This document shows, piece by piece, positions 27,326-36,769 of a stretch of DNA of 39,437 nt. The first letter of the stretch is position 1. Each line of letters starts with the position of its first letter. This DNA is from Bdellovibrionota bacterium (GTDB taxonomy: Bacteria > Bdellovibrionota_C > UBA2361 > OMIW01): positions 1 to 39,437 of the forward strand of contig JBIJBT010000016.1 of NCBI GenBank assembly GCA_044345055.1. Reading direction: 5' to 3'. The notes beneath the pieces were generated by a model. It was given only the letters and a program-made list of their open reading frames with translations, did no database searches and was not told where the DNA came from. A program made the position numbers and the translations under genes.

Positions 27326-28336
27326 TTAGAGGTAATCCAAAATAGTGAGCCGAAGAACCTGACCACTCACAGTCATGGTTGCTTCAAGTGCCGTTTTCGC
27401 CTCCGACAGATTTGTAGCAGACTCAGCAATATCAGCATCCTGAAGACCAGAGAGGGACTCTCTGGCACTAACCTGCGCGACCTCGACCACTGATCGGGCC
27501 GATTGTAATTTATTTAGCCGTGCCCCGAGACTAGAGCGCTCGGTGCCAAGCTGTGTACTCGATGCTGACTTAAGAATATCAATCGTTTGGCGGATATCGG
27601 CAGCTTGAGCAGCATTATCAGCCGGAAATGTGTAGGCCGCTCCAGTGCCGTCAGGAGAAGGCGGTGCGGAAGGATCGGTTACCGATGGATCGGTTCGGTA
27701 CCCCGCCAAAGCTCGACCCAATCGCTCTAATCCCTCTATCGCCCTACCAAAGACTCCAGAACCCACAGCATTCACCCGGACAGAAACGGTGTCACTCAAC
27801 TCAGCGCTGCGTGTTCCATCAGCACCCGAAAGGGTTGTATATCCATATCGCTGACTTCCCGGCCCAGTGGACGGATTTGTATACGAGGGAGTTTGTGTAG
27901 TGAACGGCGGTTGATCATCTTGATTTCCGGCAAATGGATACGTTCCCTGATAAGAGGAATTTGCTAACGATACGAGCTGGTCCCTTAACCCAAAAACCTC
28001 CTCGGCCATCTTGGCTCGGCTCTCGGCTGTGTAGGTTCCATTAGCTCCCTGAGTGGCAAGCTCGAGCGCTCGTTGAACGACATTTTCCGATTCGCCTAAT
28101 ACCGACTCTTGATATTCTAGCCCGCCACGCATCGTCTTCATTCGATCAAGGTGGGATTGCATTCGTCCATCTAACTCGCGAAGACCCGCTATTAGTCCTG
28201 GTTGGGCCGTATCTGCCGGAGTTATAACTTTGAAGCCTGAAGTTATTTCTTCGGTATACTTTGCGATCTTGAGCCGATTATCGGCCATACCGAACTGAAG
28301 GGTACCGCTTAAGTAGTTTGTCGAAACCCTTGACAT
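27326..28336 (-). CDS. flgL: Hook-associated protein FlgL
   Basis: Flagellin-like N- and C-termini (ITSGFKV..PAD, ELATQGANGT, LQDADIAES, LTILDYL); follows flgK. Confidence 0.92.
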   Translation of the reverse strand: MSRVSTNYLSGTLQFGMADNRLKIAKYTEEITSGFKVITPADTAQPGLIAGLRELDGRMQSHLDRMKTMRGGLEYQESVLGESENVVQRALELATQGANGTYTAESRAKMAEEVFGLRDQLVSLANSSYQGTYPFAGNQDDQPPFTTQTPSYTNPSTGPGSQRYGYTTLSGADGTRSAELSDTVSVRVNAVGSGVFGRAIEGLERLGRALAGYRTDPSVTDPSAPPSPDGTGAAYTFPADNAAQAADIRQTIDILKSASSTQLGTERSSLGARLNKLQSARSVVEVAQVSARESLSGLQDADIAESATNLSEAKTALEATMTVSGQVLRLTILDYL

Positions 28337-28376
28337 TTCGCCTCCACGTATCACAAAAGACTATCAGTACAGCTTA

Positions 28377-30044
28377 TTATAAAAGTCCAATTATCGTATC
28401 CAGGATTTCAGATGCACTTCTAACCAAACGTGACGAAGCCTGATATGCCTGCTGAAACTTGATCAACTGGGTGAATTCTTCGTCTAAATTGACACCAGAT
28501 TGCTGATCTCGCCGTTGTTGCGCCACAACAAATCTCGCTTCAGCATTTTTTGAACCGAATTGGACACTCGAAAATGTTCCGCCGAACTGAGTAAGTAGCT
28601 CTTGATATCCCTCCTCAAAGGTCATACTCGTTGTTGATGGAACGGAGACATCCTGCGCGTCTCCCACAACCCCGAGCTGAACCTTCTCGGTACGAAGCGC
28701 ACTCAACGCCACAAGATTATCGGCGTTACCGGAGGCAAGAACGACAGAATTTGGATTTGTATCAACATCACGGGCTGCGGCGATAGAGCGGGGATCTGAG
28801 ATCGCGAGAGATAATTTATCTGCAAAAGTGAATTCTCCCGTAGCTGCAAGATCTCCAAGCTCCGCGATTCCATCATTATCGCTATCTGCGAGAAGGGATG
28901 AACCGGGAAGTTGTGCTGTAAAAAATCCAAAGGCACTAGGAGTATTTCCGTCTAAATCGACTGCACTCGACTGTAATCCGGCAGTCGTATTATCTTCATC
29001 TGGACCGTTATATACCTCATTAAATCGAGTAAGAAGCACTCGAGCCATCGATTCAACCCGAGACGCAGCAGCAACGAGCGGCCCTGTCCCTGAGAATGGC
29101 GATGTGTTTGTCGGACTATTCGTACCACGAACGGTCAAAAGTCCTCCTAATGTGCCACCGGCGGAGCCTATAACCTCCGATAGATCAACATCCTGCGATG
29201 GTGTTTTACCTTGGGCATAATCATAGACAACGTACCGCCCAGGACGACCAGAGAGAAGAGGTGGAACTTGTGTTGTAAAAGATGGATCTTCAGTGACCTT
29301 TAGATGTCGCGCGGTTGTTCCTGAAACTAAAGGAAATCCGCCTGGAAGGGAGAGATATGCGCTTCCATCCGATTGCTCAATAACGCTTGCTCCAACCTTT
29401 TCAGTGACTTTTCTAATCAGCTCATCTCGCTGATCTCGTTCATCTCCCACTATAGTTCCGCCACTCTCCTGATTTGAGATGACCCCATTGAGTCGAGCAA
29501 TATCATCGAGAAATGTATTAATCTCGGCGACCTCGCTGGTCATACGACTGTCAGCTTCATCTTGAACTGAGGATATACCGTTAAAGGTATCTCGTATCGA
29601 TGATACAAGATTTTCAGCCTTGTTGAGTAAACCCGAGCGAAGTTCAATACTCGATGGATTGGCGCGAAGATCTGATATAGCTGAAAAAAATTCGGTAAAT
29701 GATTTGCCGATTGTCGAAGTTGATCCAGTTAAATTGAACAACTGATCGACTCGACTGAGGAGACCCTCTTGAGCTTCGAACGAGCTCTTATCTGCACCAG
29801 CCTCTCGGAGAAGCTTATCAAGATAACCGTCCACACTTCGCTGAAGGGGCCCTACTGCGACTCCATGGCCGAAATCGCCCGCTCCTTGGCTTGGCCCACC
29901 CCGCGCTTCGAGAGAAACCGACCGGCGCACATATCCGGGAGTATTAACATTTGCGATGTTGTTCGATAGAACACTAATGAGAGCCTGATGCGCGCTCAAT
30001 GCCCCCGATGCCGTGTTGAGGATCTTTGCTCCATAATTAACCAT
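28377..30044 (-). CDS. flgK: Hook-associated protein FlgK
   Basis: NNIANVNTPGYVR, DQRDEL and SGVNLDEEFTQLIKFQQAYQAS motifs. Confidence 0.95.
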   Translation of the reverse strand: MVNYGAKILNTASGALSAHQALISVLSNNIANVNTPGYVRRSVSLEARGGPSQGAGDFGHGVAVGPLQRSVDGYLDKLLREAGADKSSFEAQEGLLSRVDQLFNLTGSTSTIGKSFTEFFSAISDLRANPSSIELRSGLLNKAENLVSSIRDTFNGISSVQDEADSRMTSEVAEINTFLDDIARLNGVISNQESGGTIVGDERDQRDELIRKVTEKVGASVIEQSDGSAYLSLPGGFPLVSGTTARHLKVTEDPSFTTQVPPLLSGRPGRYVVYDYAQGKTPSQDVDLSEVIGSAGGTLGGLLTVRGTNSPTNTSPFSGTGPLVAAASRVESMARVLLTRFNEVYNGPDEDNTTAGLQSSAVDLDGNTPSAFGFFTAQLPGSSLLADSDNDGIAELGDLAATGEFTFADKLSLAISDPRSIAAARDVDTNPNSVVLASGNADNLVALSALRTEKVQLGVVGDAQDVSVPSTTSMTFEEGYQELLTQFGGTFSSVQFGSKNAEARFVVAQQRRDQQSGVNLDEEFTQLIKFQQAYQASSRLVRSASEILDTIIGLL

Positions 30045-30092
30045 CGCGTCTATCCTCTCATCATATTTGATAGCTGATCTAAGAAACGATCG

Positions 30093-30617
30093 CTATGCCT
30101 GCCGAATTATTAATTCCGATCTTGAATAGCGAGGAGTCATGCTCTCTGCTATCCGTCCTCGAGCGCTGTAGACCTGATTGCGCACCTGTTTTGCAGCATG
30201 AAATAGGGAGATACAACCGTTAACCATCTCAAGACCAAAGCCAGAGATGCTCTGTAGCTCTGCTGATAATTTTCTTACCTCAACTGCCCGAGTCCTCAAA
30301 TCACGCACGAGTTTAATCAGACGGTTTCGATCCTGAAGTGTTACACCAGACCCAATCGGAGCTCTTTGTAAACGCGTTCGAAGATTCTCGGCACTTTCTC
30401 CTAAACTCTTCGCAACAATTTCCCTTCGCACTTTCTCGAGCCGTTGCATCTCGGGGTAAATATCCAATCGCTCGCCCGAGATAGTTTCAATATGCTTACT
30501 TTCGAGAGAGAGAACAGCGCTATACTCTTTCGATGTTGCCTGCATTAGTCTTTCGTGGAGGCGAATCTCAGCAGTGATTATCTCCTCAAGTGCCTGAACA
30601 AACTGTCTCGTAATCAC
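30093..30617 (-). CDS. flgN: FlgN-like export chaperone
   Basis: Helical 174-aa protein directly before flgK with C-terminal YSARG motif; GGGAGG RBS before GTG. Confidence 0.7.
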   Translation of the reverse strand: MITRQFVQALEEIITAEIRLHERLMQATSKEYSAVLSLESKHIETISGERLDIYPEMQRLEKVRREIVAKSLGESAENLRTRLQRAPIGSGVTLQDRNRLIKLVRDLRTRAVEVRKLSAELQSISGFGLEMVNGCISLFHAAKQVRNQVYSARGRIAESMTPRYSRSELIIRQA

Positions 30618-30642
30618 CAGTCCCTCCCTGAAAAGCTCTCAC

Positions 30643-30795
30643 CAACTCGGTAAAAAAAGCCACAAAAAAGCAGCAACAACGAACGGATATTCCTGATACC
30701 TCCTCCCAGGGAGACCAATTAGGTTTCACCTGGAGCGATCGAGGAGGCCAGCATCAACGCCCCGATACTACTTCTGTGTGGCCAGCAACGAGTTG
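30643..30795 (-). ncRNA. Candidate rod-shaped structured RNA / flgN 5' leader
   Basis: Nested complementary arms across 153 nt, with G.U pairs favouring the minus strand (see findings). Confidence 0.5.
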
Positions 30796-30825
30796 TACCG
30801 CTACGACACGTCTTCTCGTAACGTC

Positions 30826-30841
30826 AGCAAATGTGATGCCG
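30826..30841 (-). promoter_or_regulatory. Sigma54 -24/-12 promoter upstream of flgN-flgK-flgL
   Basis: Minus strand CGGCATCACATTTGCT, exact GG-N10-GC spacing. Confidence 0.7.
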
Positions 30842-31061
30842 AAAGATGCTCTCTTTTTTATTAGCCGCAGGCGCTCGGGTAAATCTCGGCAAATCTTATG
30901 AATAATTAGGTGGTTGAGAAAAATATAAACAAACCTCACCGACCCAATCAAAAGGGGAACGCTTTTTTATCTAGAACCTAATCCGAGAAGATAGGTACTA
31001 TTTGCCTATCATTTGAGATTTTAGCGATTAATAGCACTTTTTTCCCCACTTACTGGAACTC

Positions 31062-31865
31062 TTACCACTCTGAGCGGGAATCTCTAAAACCTTTACTCTT
31101 TCCGAGTCGGCTTGCTGAAATGCCGAAGACCAGATACCCGATTGTAATGAGAGTAAAGAGTAGGCTTGAAAATGGAATCGCAATTTCGAGAACATTGCAG
31201 AGCGTTCTCAGGATCATCGCAGGAGTAATTGCCAAAACAGAAATCCGGATTAGCGCGGGCAAAGAGAGCTCGGTCTCAAGCAGCGGACACACGATAAGAC
31301 CTACTCCAGCGAGCATAAAAACTTGAATGATACGGAATAGAAAAGATCCTATAAGCAAAAATGGGTATGAATACCAAAGGAGTGTCGGAATCCAATCTGC
31401 GGCAAACTCCCTCAACTCCTGCGGCGTAACCGAGCGATTTGGCAGCTGAGAGAATGACATCTTCTCCTCGACTAATGCATCCTTCCGCATAATGAAGTCA
31501 TCGGCAGTAACAAGCGCAGAAACAGAAAGGCCCTCCAGCGAGCGAGTCTGACCAGTTGTATCGATAAGAAGTAGAGGGCGTCCTGTTTTTGGATCGGAGA
31601 TAGTTCGCCGAGGTTCTCCCTCCACCCAAAGCTTTCCAGAGGAGATGCCAAATCGTGGAAATTCCGAAATAAGAGGCTCGACCCACTCCTCTGCAAACCT
31701 ATTGAGATCTCCCTGTTCCTTTACAACCCACGGGAACCAACTGATAAGAAGAAACAGAAACAGGTACAACGCATTTAGACCCGTCCAACGACTCGCTACC
31801 TCTTGATAAAGCGGAATGGAATACCATGCGCCGGTAGGAATCTCAAAACGTCGTGAGTGGCTCAT
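31062..31865 (-). CDS. DUF1189-like membrane protein
   Basis: YLFLFLLI TM, FPRFGISSGKL, IDTTG, and three C-terminal TMs with AITPAMIL. Confidence 0.65.
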   Translation of the reverse strand: MSHSRRFEIPTGAWYSIPLYQEVASRWTGLNALYLFLFLLISWFPWVVKEQGDLNRFAEEWVEPLISEFPRFGISSGKLWVEGEPRRTISDPKTGRPLLLIDTTGQTRSLEGLSVSALVTADDFIMRKDALVEEKMSFSQLPNRSVTPQELREFAADWIPTLLWYSYPFLLIGSFLFRIIQVFMLAGVGLIVCPLLETELSLPALIRISVLAITPAMILRTLCNVLEIAIPFSSLLFTLITIGYLVFGISASRLGKSKGFRDSRSEW

Positions 31866-31911
31866 ATTAGCTATTTCAGCCTAAATTGGGTGACTCATTT
31901 GAATAAGAACG

Positions 31912-32229
31912 CTACCTTTTGGAGATATCCTGAAGCAACGCAACCTCTTCAGATATTCCTCTAGCGGCTCCCAATTTCCAATCTGGCACAGATTCAAAAT
32001 ATTTTCGGCTATCTACTCGTTTTTTTATGTCAGCCAATTTTGCCCGACGAGAGGCCGCCATTTCCGACTCAGCCGATGACACCCAACCGCCAGCAGTGGT
32101 AGTTACTTTATCCGAGCTATCAGCAGACCTTGGACCAGTATCACCCGTTGCGACCTCCCCTCTCGCTTTTTGATAAGCGAGTTTTAGTCGCGCGTCCCCT
32201 TGAAATACTTTTTTTTCATCGACTTTCAT
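31912..32229 (-). CDS. flgM: Divergent anti-sigma28 factor FlgM
   Basis: Position after flgJ; size 105 aa; DKV...RRAKLADIKKRVDSRKY pattern. Confidence 0.65.
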   Translation of the reverse strand: MKVDEKKVFQGDARLKLAYQKARGEVATGDTGPRSADSSDKVTTTAGGWVSSAESEMAASRRAKLADIKKRVDSRKYFESVPDWKLGAARGISEEVALLQDISKR

Positions 32230-32363
32230 ATCTGCCCCTCGTTCGCATCAATGCGAAAAATAGTACCTGCAGTTTACCGACTTATTCTCGCGGGGGAAAT
32301 GGCGTACAGGGCGATTTTCTGCGTATTAGAGATTAAGTCTACTTTGAGCTAATCAATTACAAC

Positions 32364-32720
32364 TTATCCAACACCTAAGTCCCGTCGCTCAGATGCCTCC
32401 TTCCCCTCAACCCGCGCCATATCCTCGGCAAAAGTCTTCTTTAATCCAATACTTTGGGAATGAGCAATTTCTTTCGCCAGTTGTTGATTAAGAAGATCTC
32501 GATAAAACTCAGCCTCACTTCCTCCATCGAGTAACCCTCCTTCTGGCACTGAGCTCCACATCGAATCGAACATCTGCTGCAAAAGAAGTGCCTCGAAGTC
32601 TTCCGCTGCTCCATCAATCTTCTCTTTATCCGGCTTCCCATTTTTTACCGCCATTTCAGCAGATGTGAGCCTTTGCTCTCTGAAATCTACAAGAGGTAGT
32701 GGTGGTAAGAGAGTAGTCAT
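32364..32720 (-). CDS. flgJ: FlgJ rod-binding domain only (no muramidase)
   Basis: AAEDFEALLLQQMFDSM and FYRDLLNQQLA..IGL motifs. Confidence 0.88.
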   Translation of the reverse strand: MTTLLPPLPLVDFREQRLTSAEMAVKNGKPDKEKIDGAAEDFEALLLQQMFDSMWSSVPEGGLLDGGSEAEFYRDLLNQQLAKEIAHSQSIGLKKTFAEDMARVEGKEASERRDLGVG

Positions 32721-32731
32721 GGTCGCAATCT

Positions 32732-33910
32732 TTACATTACAATCATATCAGCGTGGAGAGCTCCCGCTTTTTTTAGCGCTGCAAATATCGAAATAAGATC
32801 TCGAGGAGTTGCGCCCAAAGCATTTAGACCCTTCACAAGCTCCCCAAGCGTTGCTTCACCTCCGACAAGCTCTAATCTTCGCTGCTCCTCGCCTACCTCG
32901 AGTTCGCCATTCTGTACTACTGCTGTCTGTCCACCACCAGCTGGCGCTTGTGGCTGAGAAACCTGGACGTCGTTCCGAATAGATATACTGAGATTTCCAT
33001 GAGCAAGCGCAACTGGACTTAATCTCAAATCATCTCCCATTATTATAGTTCCAGTCCGTTCATTCACCACAATTTTAGCCCCCATATCCTGCTCGACATC
33101 GGTCTGCTCTATAAAAGCTACCGCTCCTATTGGATCTTGCATCAATTTACCGGGCAATGAAATTTCAACCACACCCGAGTCTCGAGCAACCGCGAGTGGA
33201 GAGCCGAGCCGAGTATTGAGTGCGTTTACGACACGTTTCATCGTCGTAAAGTCAGGCTCGCGTAGAACAATACGAACTGAGTGGCTTTTAAATAGATCTA
33301 CTGTGAGTGCTCGTTCTATCGTAGCACCGCCTGTGATAACCCCGACCGTTGGGTGATTTCTCACTGCGGCATCTCCACCACCCTCGATAGAAAATCCTCC
33401 AATCGCTACTGGACCTTGACCGACCGCATACACATTTCCATCCGCACCGCGGAGCGGAGTAAAGAGAAGCGTTCCTCCTTGCAAACTCTTGGCATCTCCC
33501 ATCGACGAAAGGGTAATATCAAGTTTGCTTCCGGGTCGCGAGAATGCTGGAAGAGTCGCAGTAACAAGGACAGCCGCAACATTTTTTACCTTGATATCTT
33601 GAGGATCCACCCGAATCCCGACCTTCTCAAGCATATTGCTTAAGCCCTTCGTAGTGAACTCAACACTTCTTCCATCCCCAGTCCCATTAAGACCCACAAC
33701 CAAGCCGTAACCAAAGAGCTGATTTCCCCGAACTCCCTCAATATCTGCGATATCTTTGAGACGAGCTGCTTGAGCAGCTGATCCACAAATAAGTAATAGA
33801 GCGATGATGCTTGCGTAGCGGAACAATATCGACCATTGATCCCAAACACGATGAGGTGAACCTTCATTCACAGTTATTGACTTCGTACCCGATGAATAAG
33901 AACTAATCAT
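32732..33910 (-). CDS. flgI: Flagellar P-ring protein
   Basis: RLKDIA, GYGLVVGLNGTGD, KNVAAV, SLQGGTL and NERTGT motifs. Confidence 0.96.
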   Translation of the reverse strand: MISSYSSGTKSITVNEGSPHRVWDQWSILFRYASIIALLLICGSAAQAARLKDIADIEGVRGNQLFGYGLVVGLNGTGDGRSVEFTTKGLSNMLEKVGIRVDPQDIKVKNVAAVLVTATLPAFSRPGSKLDITLSSMGDAKSLQGGTLLFTPLRGADGNVYAVGQGPVAIGGFSIEGGGDAAVRNHPTVGVITGGATIERALTVDLFKSHSVRIVLREPDFTTMKRVVNALNTRLGSPLAVARDSGVVEISLPGKLMQDPIGAVAFIEQTDVEQDMGAKIVVNERTGTIIMGDDLRLSPVALAHGNLSISIRNDVQVSQPQAPAGGGQTAVVQNGELEVGEEQRRLELVGGEATLGELVKGLNALGATPRDLISIFAALKKAGALHADMIVM

Positions 33911-33919
33911 ATTCGCTCA

Positions 33920-34792
33920 CTAAAAAGGCCAGATATTCATCACAATCTTCATCAACCATCCAGGAGTTTGAATTACCCCAATTGTGCCTTTTCCATAATA
34001 ATCGATTCTCATATTCGCAATTTTTCCCGAATCAACCTCGTTCCTTGAATTAACATCTCGAGGTCGTACCAGACCGGACATAACCATGATCTGCTCTTCG
34101 TCATTAACTGAGATAATTTTTTCTCCTTGTATTCGCAAAATACCGGAAGGGAGCACCTCTTGAACCATGCACGATATTGTTCCTTTCAGCTGACCCCTTC
34201 TAAGGGTCTCTCCACGACCCTCAACCTGCGTCGCTGTCGATGCATCAAGAAGTGCCGTTGGATCAACTTCCGGATTTGACGCTGGAATAGCCTTTTCAAG
34301 CCCTAAAAACGCTGAAATAGCTGCGGTGATAGTCGATTGAGAATTTACTCGGGTATCCGCCTGTTTACGTCCCTCTGTAATCTCAGTAACAAGCACTGTT
34401 ACCAGATCCATCGGCTGAAACGCTCTAAAGTCGTGGAATAGAGAGGTGGCACCTTCTCCCTCTCGCCAGAGCGATGGATTTGCGGAGGACTCTCCTGTTC
34501 TTAACGGACCACGGTACGGTGGCGGTTCAATTAGTCCAACGGGTTGAAATAGCTCGGAGCTATCTTGCCCTTTCAGTGGCGCGCTCTGAGGCTGTGATGC
34601 AGTAGGGAGTGCCGAGTTGCCATTTTCAACAAATCGAATCGCCGCCCGCGGATCCTCTGAGGAGCTGATTGGTTGATTAAGAGCACGCGTGTACTCTAGC
34701 GCCGGTACACGAGGCGGCGTTGAGCGGGACGCGCTACACGCTGTCATTGCACCACCTAGTATTGTAGCGATTATAAATCTACCTTCCCTCAT
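33920..34792 (-). CDS. flgH: Flagellar L-ring lipoprotein
   Basis: Lipobox MTAC; DLVTVLV, VLPSGILRIQGEK and SGLVRPRD motifs. Confidence 0.93.
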   Translation of the reverse strand: MREGRFIIATILGGAMTACSASRSTPPRVPALEYTRALNQPISSSEDPRAAIRFVENGNSALPTASQPQSAPLKGQDSSELFQPVGLIEPPPYRGPLRTGESSANPSLWREGEGATSLFHDFRAFQPMDLVTVLVTEITEGRKQADTRVNSQSTITAAISAFLGLEKAIPASNPEVDPTALLDASTATQVEGRGETLRRGQLKGTISCMVQEVLPSGILRIQGEKIISVNDEEQIMVMSGLVRPRDVNSRNEVDSGKIANMRIDYYGKGTIGVIQTPGWLMKIVMNIWPF

Positions 34793-34793
34793 T

Positions 34794-35795
34794 CTATCTC
34801 ACCTCCACTAATCCAGGCTCAACGACCGTTCCCTCGACAATTCGTTTTGAAGATTCGTTTCTTACCCGAATCGCTCCTCCAACTCTTCCAGCCTCAAGAG
34901 CACTGCCCGATGCTGTCGCTTTAAAACCTCTACCTACATAACGTAATGTAACTGAAGATCCTGCCGTCACATCAAAAGGAAGAGAGAGATCGGGTGCTCG
35001 AAAAAGATCTCCAACCCCGATGCCCCGTTTAATCGTGTGACCCACAACTCCCTCGGATTGAGCAGCGACATCTCGCGGGATTCTTGTCATGTCGAGCCTT
35101 GCCATGACTAGGTCATTCTGGTTTACAACATTTCCAACCGATAATGGTCGACTGGCAACCGGAACATACATGAATTCATCTAGACTACTCACAAGTTGAA
35201 TCTGCACACTCTCACCATCTTCAGTTTTGGCCTCAACAGCTATTCTGCTTAGGCCAACCCGCTGACGCTCAAGGGATACGATTCGAAGCGTTGCAGCACC
35301 CGCAAATAGTCTAGTAGTTCCATCATGAGAAAAGGTACGAATAGTCGCTTCTCGACCAGATCCTTTTAGATATTCATCCACCAAGCTCTGCAGCTCTCCC
35401 TTAGTAATCTCTCGTCCCGCCCTTCGAACGACAACCTGCTCAGGAATCGAATACCCGATACTACTAGGATCAATCGACTCTCCTCGCAGTTGGTCGAGAA
35501 TCTGGTAAGCACTTAGATGCCGCTCACCACCCGGTTCAAGGGAATCAAGAAGTATCACCTTCTTTACACTGACTGCTTTTCCATCTTCTTTTTGATCAGA
35601 AGATTCGACGAGCGCAATGTCATCAATCGTTACTTTAGCGCCGGTCACTGTACTTGAAGCTCTGACCCTCATCGAAATTGGGAATTGTTGTCCATGGGCG
35701 ATATCTGAATCCCCAGAAAAGAAACAGAGAGAAAAAAAAGCAATGGACAGCACTTGCCCTAATGATTTTCTTCGACTACCCGAGCTATTCATCAC
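34794..35795 (-). CDS. flgA: P-ring formation chaperone FlgA
   Basis: Signal peptide, SAF domain, and GSALEAG..G..IRVRNESSKRIV motif. Confidence 0.9.
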   Translation of the reverse strand: MMNSSGSRRKSLGQVLSIAFFSLCFFSGDSDIAHGQQFPISMRVRASSTVTGAKVTIDDIALVESSDQKEDGKAVSVKKVILLDSLEPGGERHLSAYQILDQLRGESIDPSSIGYSIPEQVVVRRAGREITKGELQSLVDEYLKGSGREATIRTFSHDGTTRLFAGAATLRIVSLERQRVGLSRIAVEAKTEDGESVQIQLVSSLDEFMYVPVASRPLSVGNVVNQNDLVMARLDMTRIPRDVAAQSEGVVGHTIKRGIGVGDLFRAPDLSLPFDVTAGSSVTLRYVGRGFKATASGSALEAGRVGGAIRVRNESSKRIVEGTVVEPGLVEVR

Positions 35796-35814
35796 TCATT
35801 CCCCCAGAGGCGAA

Positions 35815-36603
35815 TTACCGCTTCATATTAATGGCAAGACTCAGCATCTCATCGGATGTGCTAATCCCCTTGGAGTTTGCTTCATACGCACGTTGGGCAG
35901 TGATCATATTTACTACTTCACTAACAACGCTGACGTTACTACTTTCAAGAAATCCCTGATTCAGTCGACCGAAGCCAGGCTGTTGGAAGAGCGCGACTAT
36001 CGGCGCACCTGAGGACGCGGTCTCCTCAAAGAGGTTTCGACCAACAGCACGAAGCCCAGCGTTATTTGGAAAACGTGTGGCTGTAAGCTGTCCAACTGCT
36101 TGAGGTGCGGCGTTACCCGGCTGCCGTACACTTACTGTTCCATCCTGACCAATCGTTATCGCCTGTGCGTCGTTGGGAATAGTAACTCCTGGTCCAACCT
36201 GAAATCCGTCTGAGGTCACAAGGCTGCCGTTTTGATCGAGCTGAAAAGAGCCAGATCGAGAATAGGCAAAAGTACCGTCCGGTTTAATCACCTGAAAAAA
36301 ACCATCTCCTTCGATTGCTACATCGAGAGGGGCTCCAGTATTTACTGAATCACCCTGACCAAACATCTTCTGTACAGCAACGGTCTTTACTCCGAGCCCG
36401 ATCTGCACCCCACTGGGGTTTACCGTTGTTTGTGAAGTCTGCGCACCCGGCTCCGTTTGGAACTGGTACATTAGGTCCTGAAACTCAGCTCGGCCTTTTT
36501 TAAATCCAGTCGTATTTACGTTCGCCAGATTGTTGGCGATCACATCAATATTTGTTTCCTGTGCGCTCATCCCCGTTGCTGCGGTATATAATGCTCGAAT
36601 CAT
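35815..36603 (-). CDS. flgG: Distal rod protein FlgG
   Basis: ANNLANVNTTGFK, FQDLMYQ and LESSNV..EVVNMITAQRAYEAN motifs; 262 aa. Confidence 0.96.
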   Translation of the reverse strand: MIRALYTAATGMSAQETNIDVIANNLANVNTTGFKKGRAEFQDLMYQFQTEPGAQTSQTTVNPSGVQIGLGVKTVAVQKMFGQGDSVNTGAPLDVAIEGDGFFQVIKPDGTFAYSRSGSFQLDQNGSLVTSDGFQVGPGVTIPNDAQAITIGQDGTVSVRQPGNAAPQAVGQLTATRFPNNAGLRAVGRNLFEETASSGAPIVALFQQPGFGRLNQGFLESSNVSVVSEVVNMITAQRAYEANSKGISTSDEMLSLAINMKR

Positions 36604-36678
36604 GGTAATGTGATCCCGTATTCAAATAGGTCCACTCGGGGAGAGTCCCCGACGTGATGATGTCTCAGCACGAGATGC

Positions 36679-36694
36679 AGCAAGAACTGGGCCG
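36679..36694 (-). promoter_or_regulatory. Internal sigma54 promoter upstream of flgG
   Basis: Minus strand CGGCCCAGTTCTTGCT, exact GG-N10-GC spacing. Confidence 0.65.
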
Positions 36695-36769
36695 ATTGCG
36701 GTGCGGAATTATTCTATTTGTAGCGATAGCTTCGGTGGGGATCAATTACCATATAGAACAGAAGGCTAT

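Noticed and set aside
30643..30795. 6S RNA identity for the rod structure
   Set aside because: No recognisable 6S conserved segments or large symmetric central bubble, and the context is atypical.
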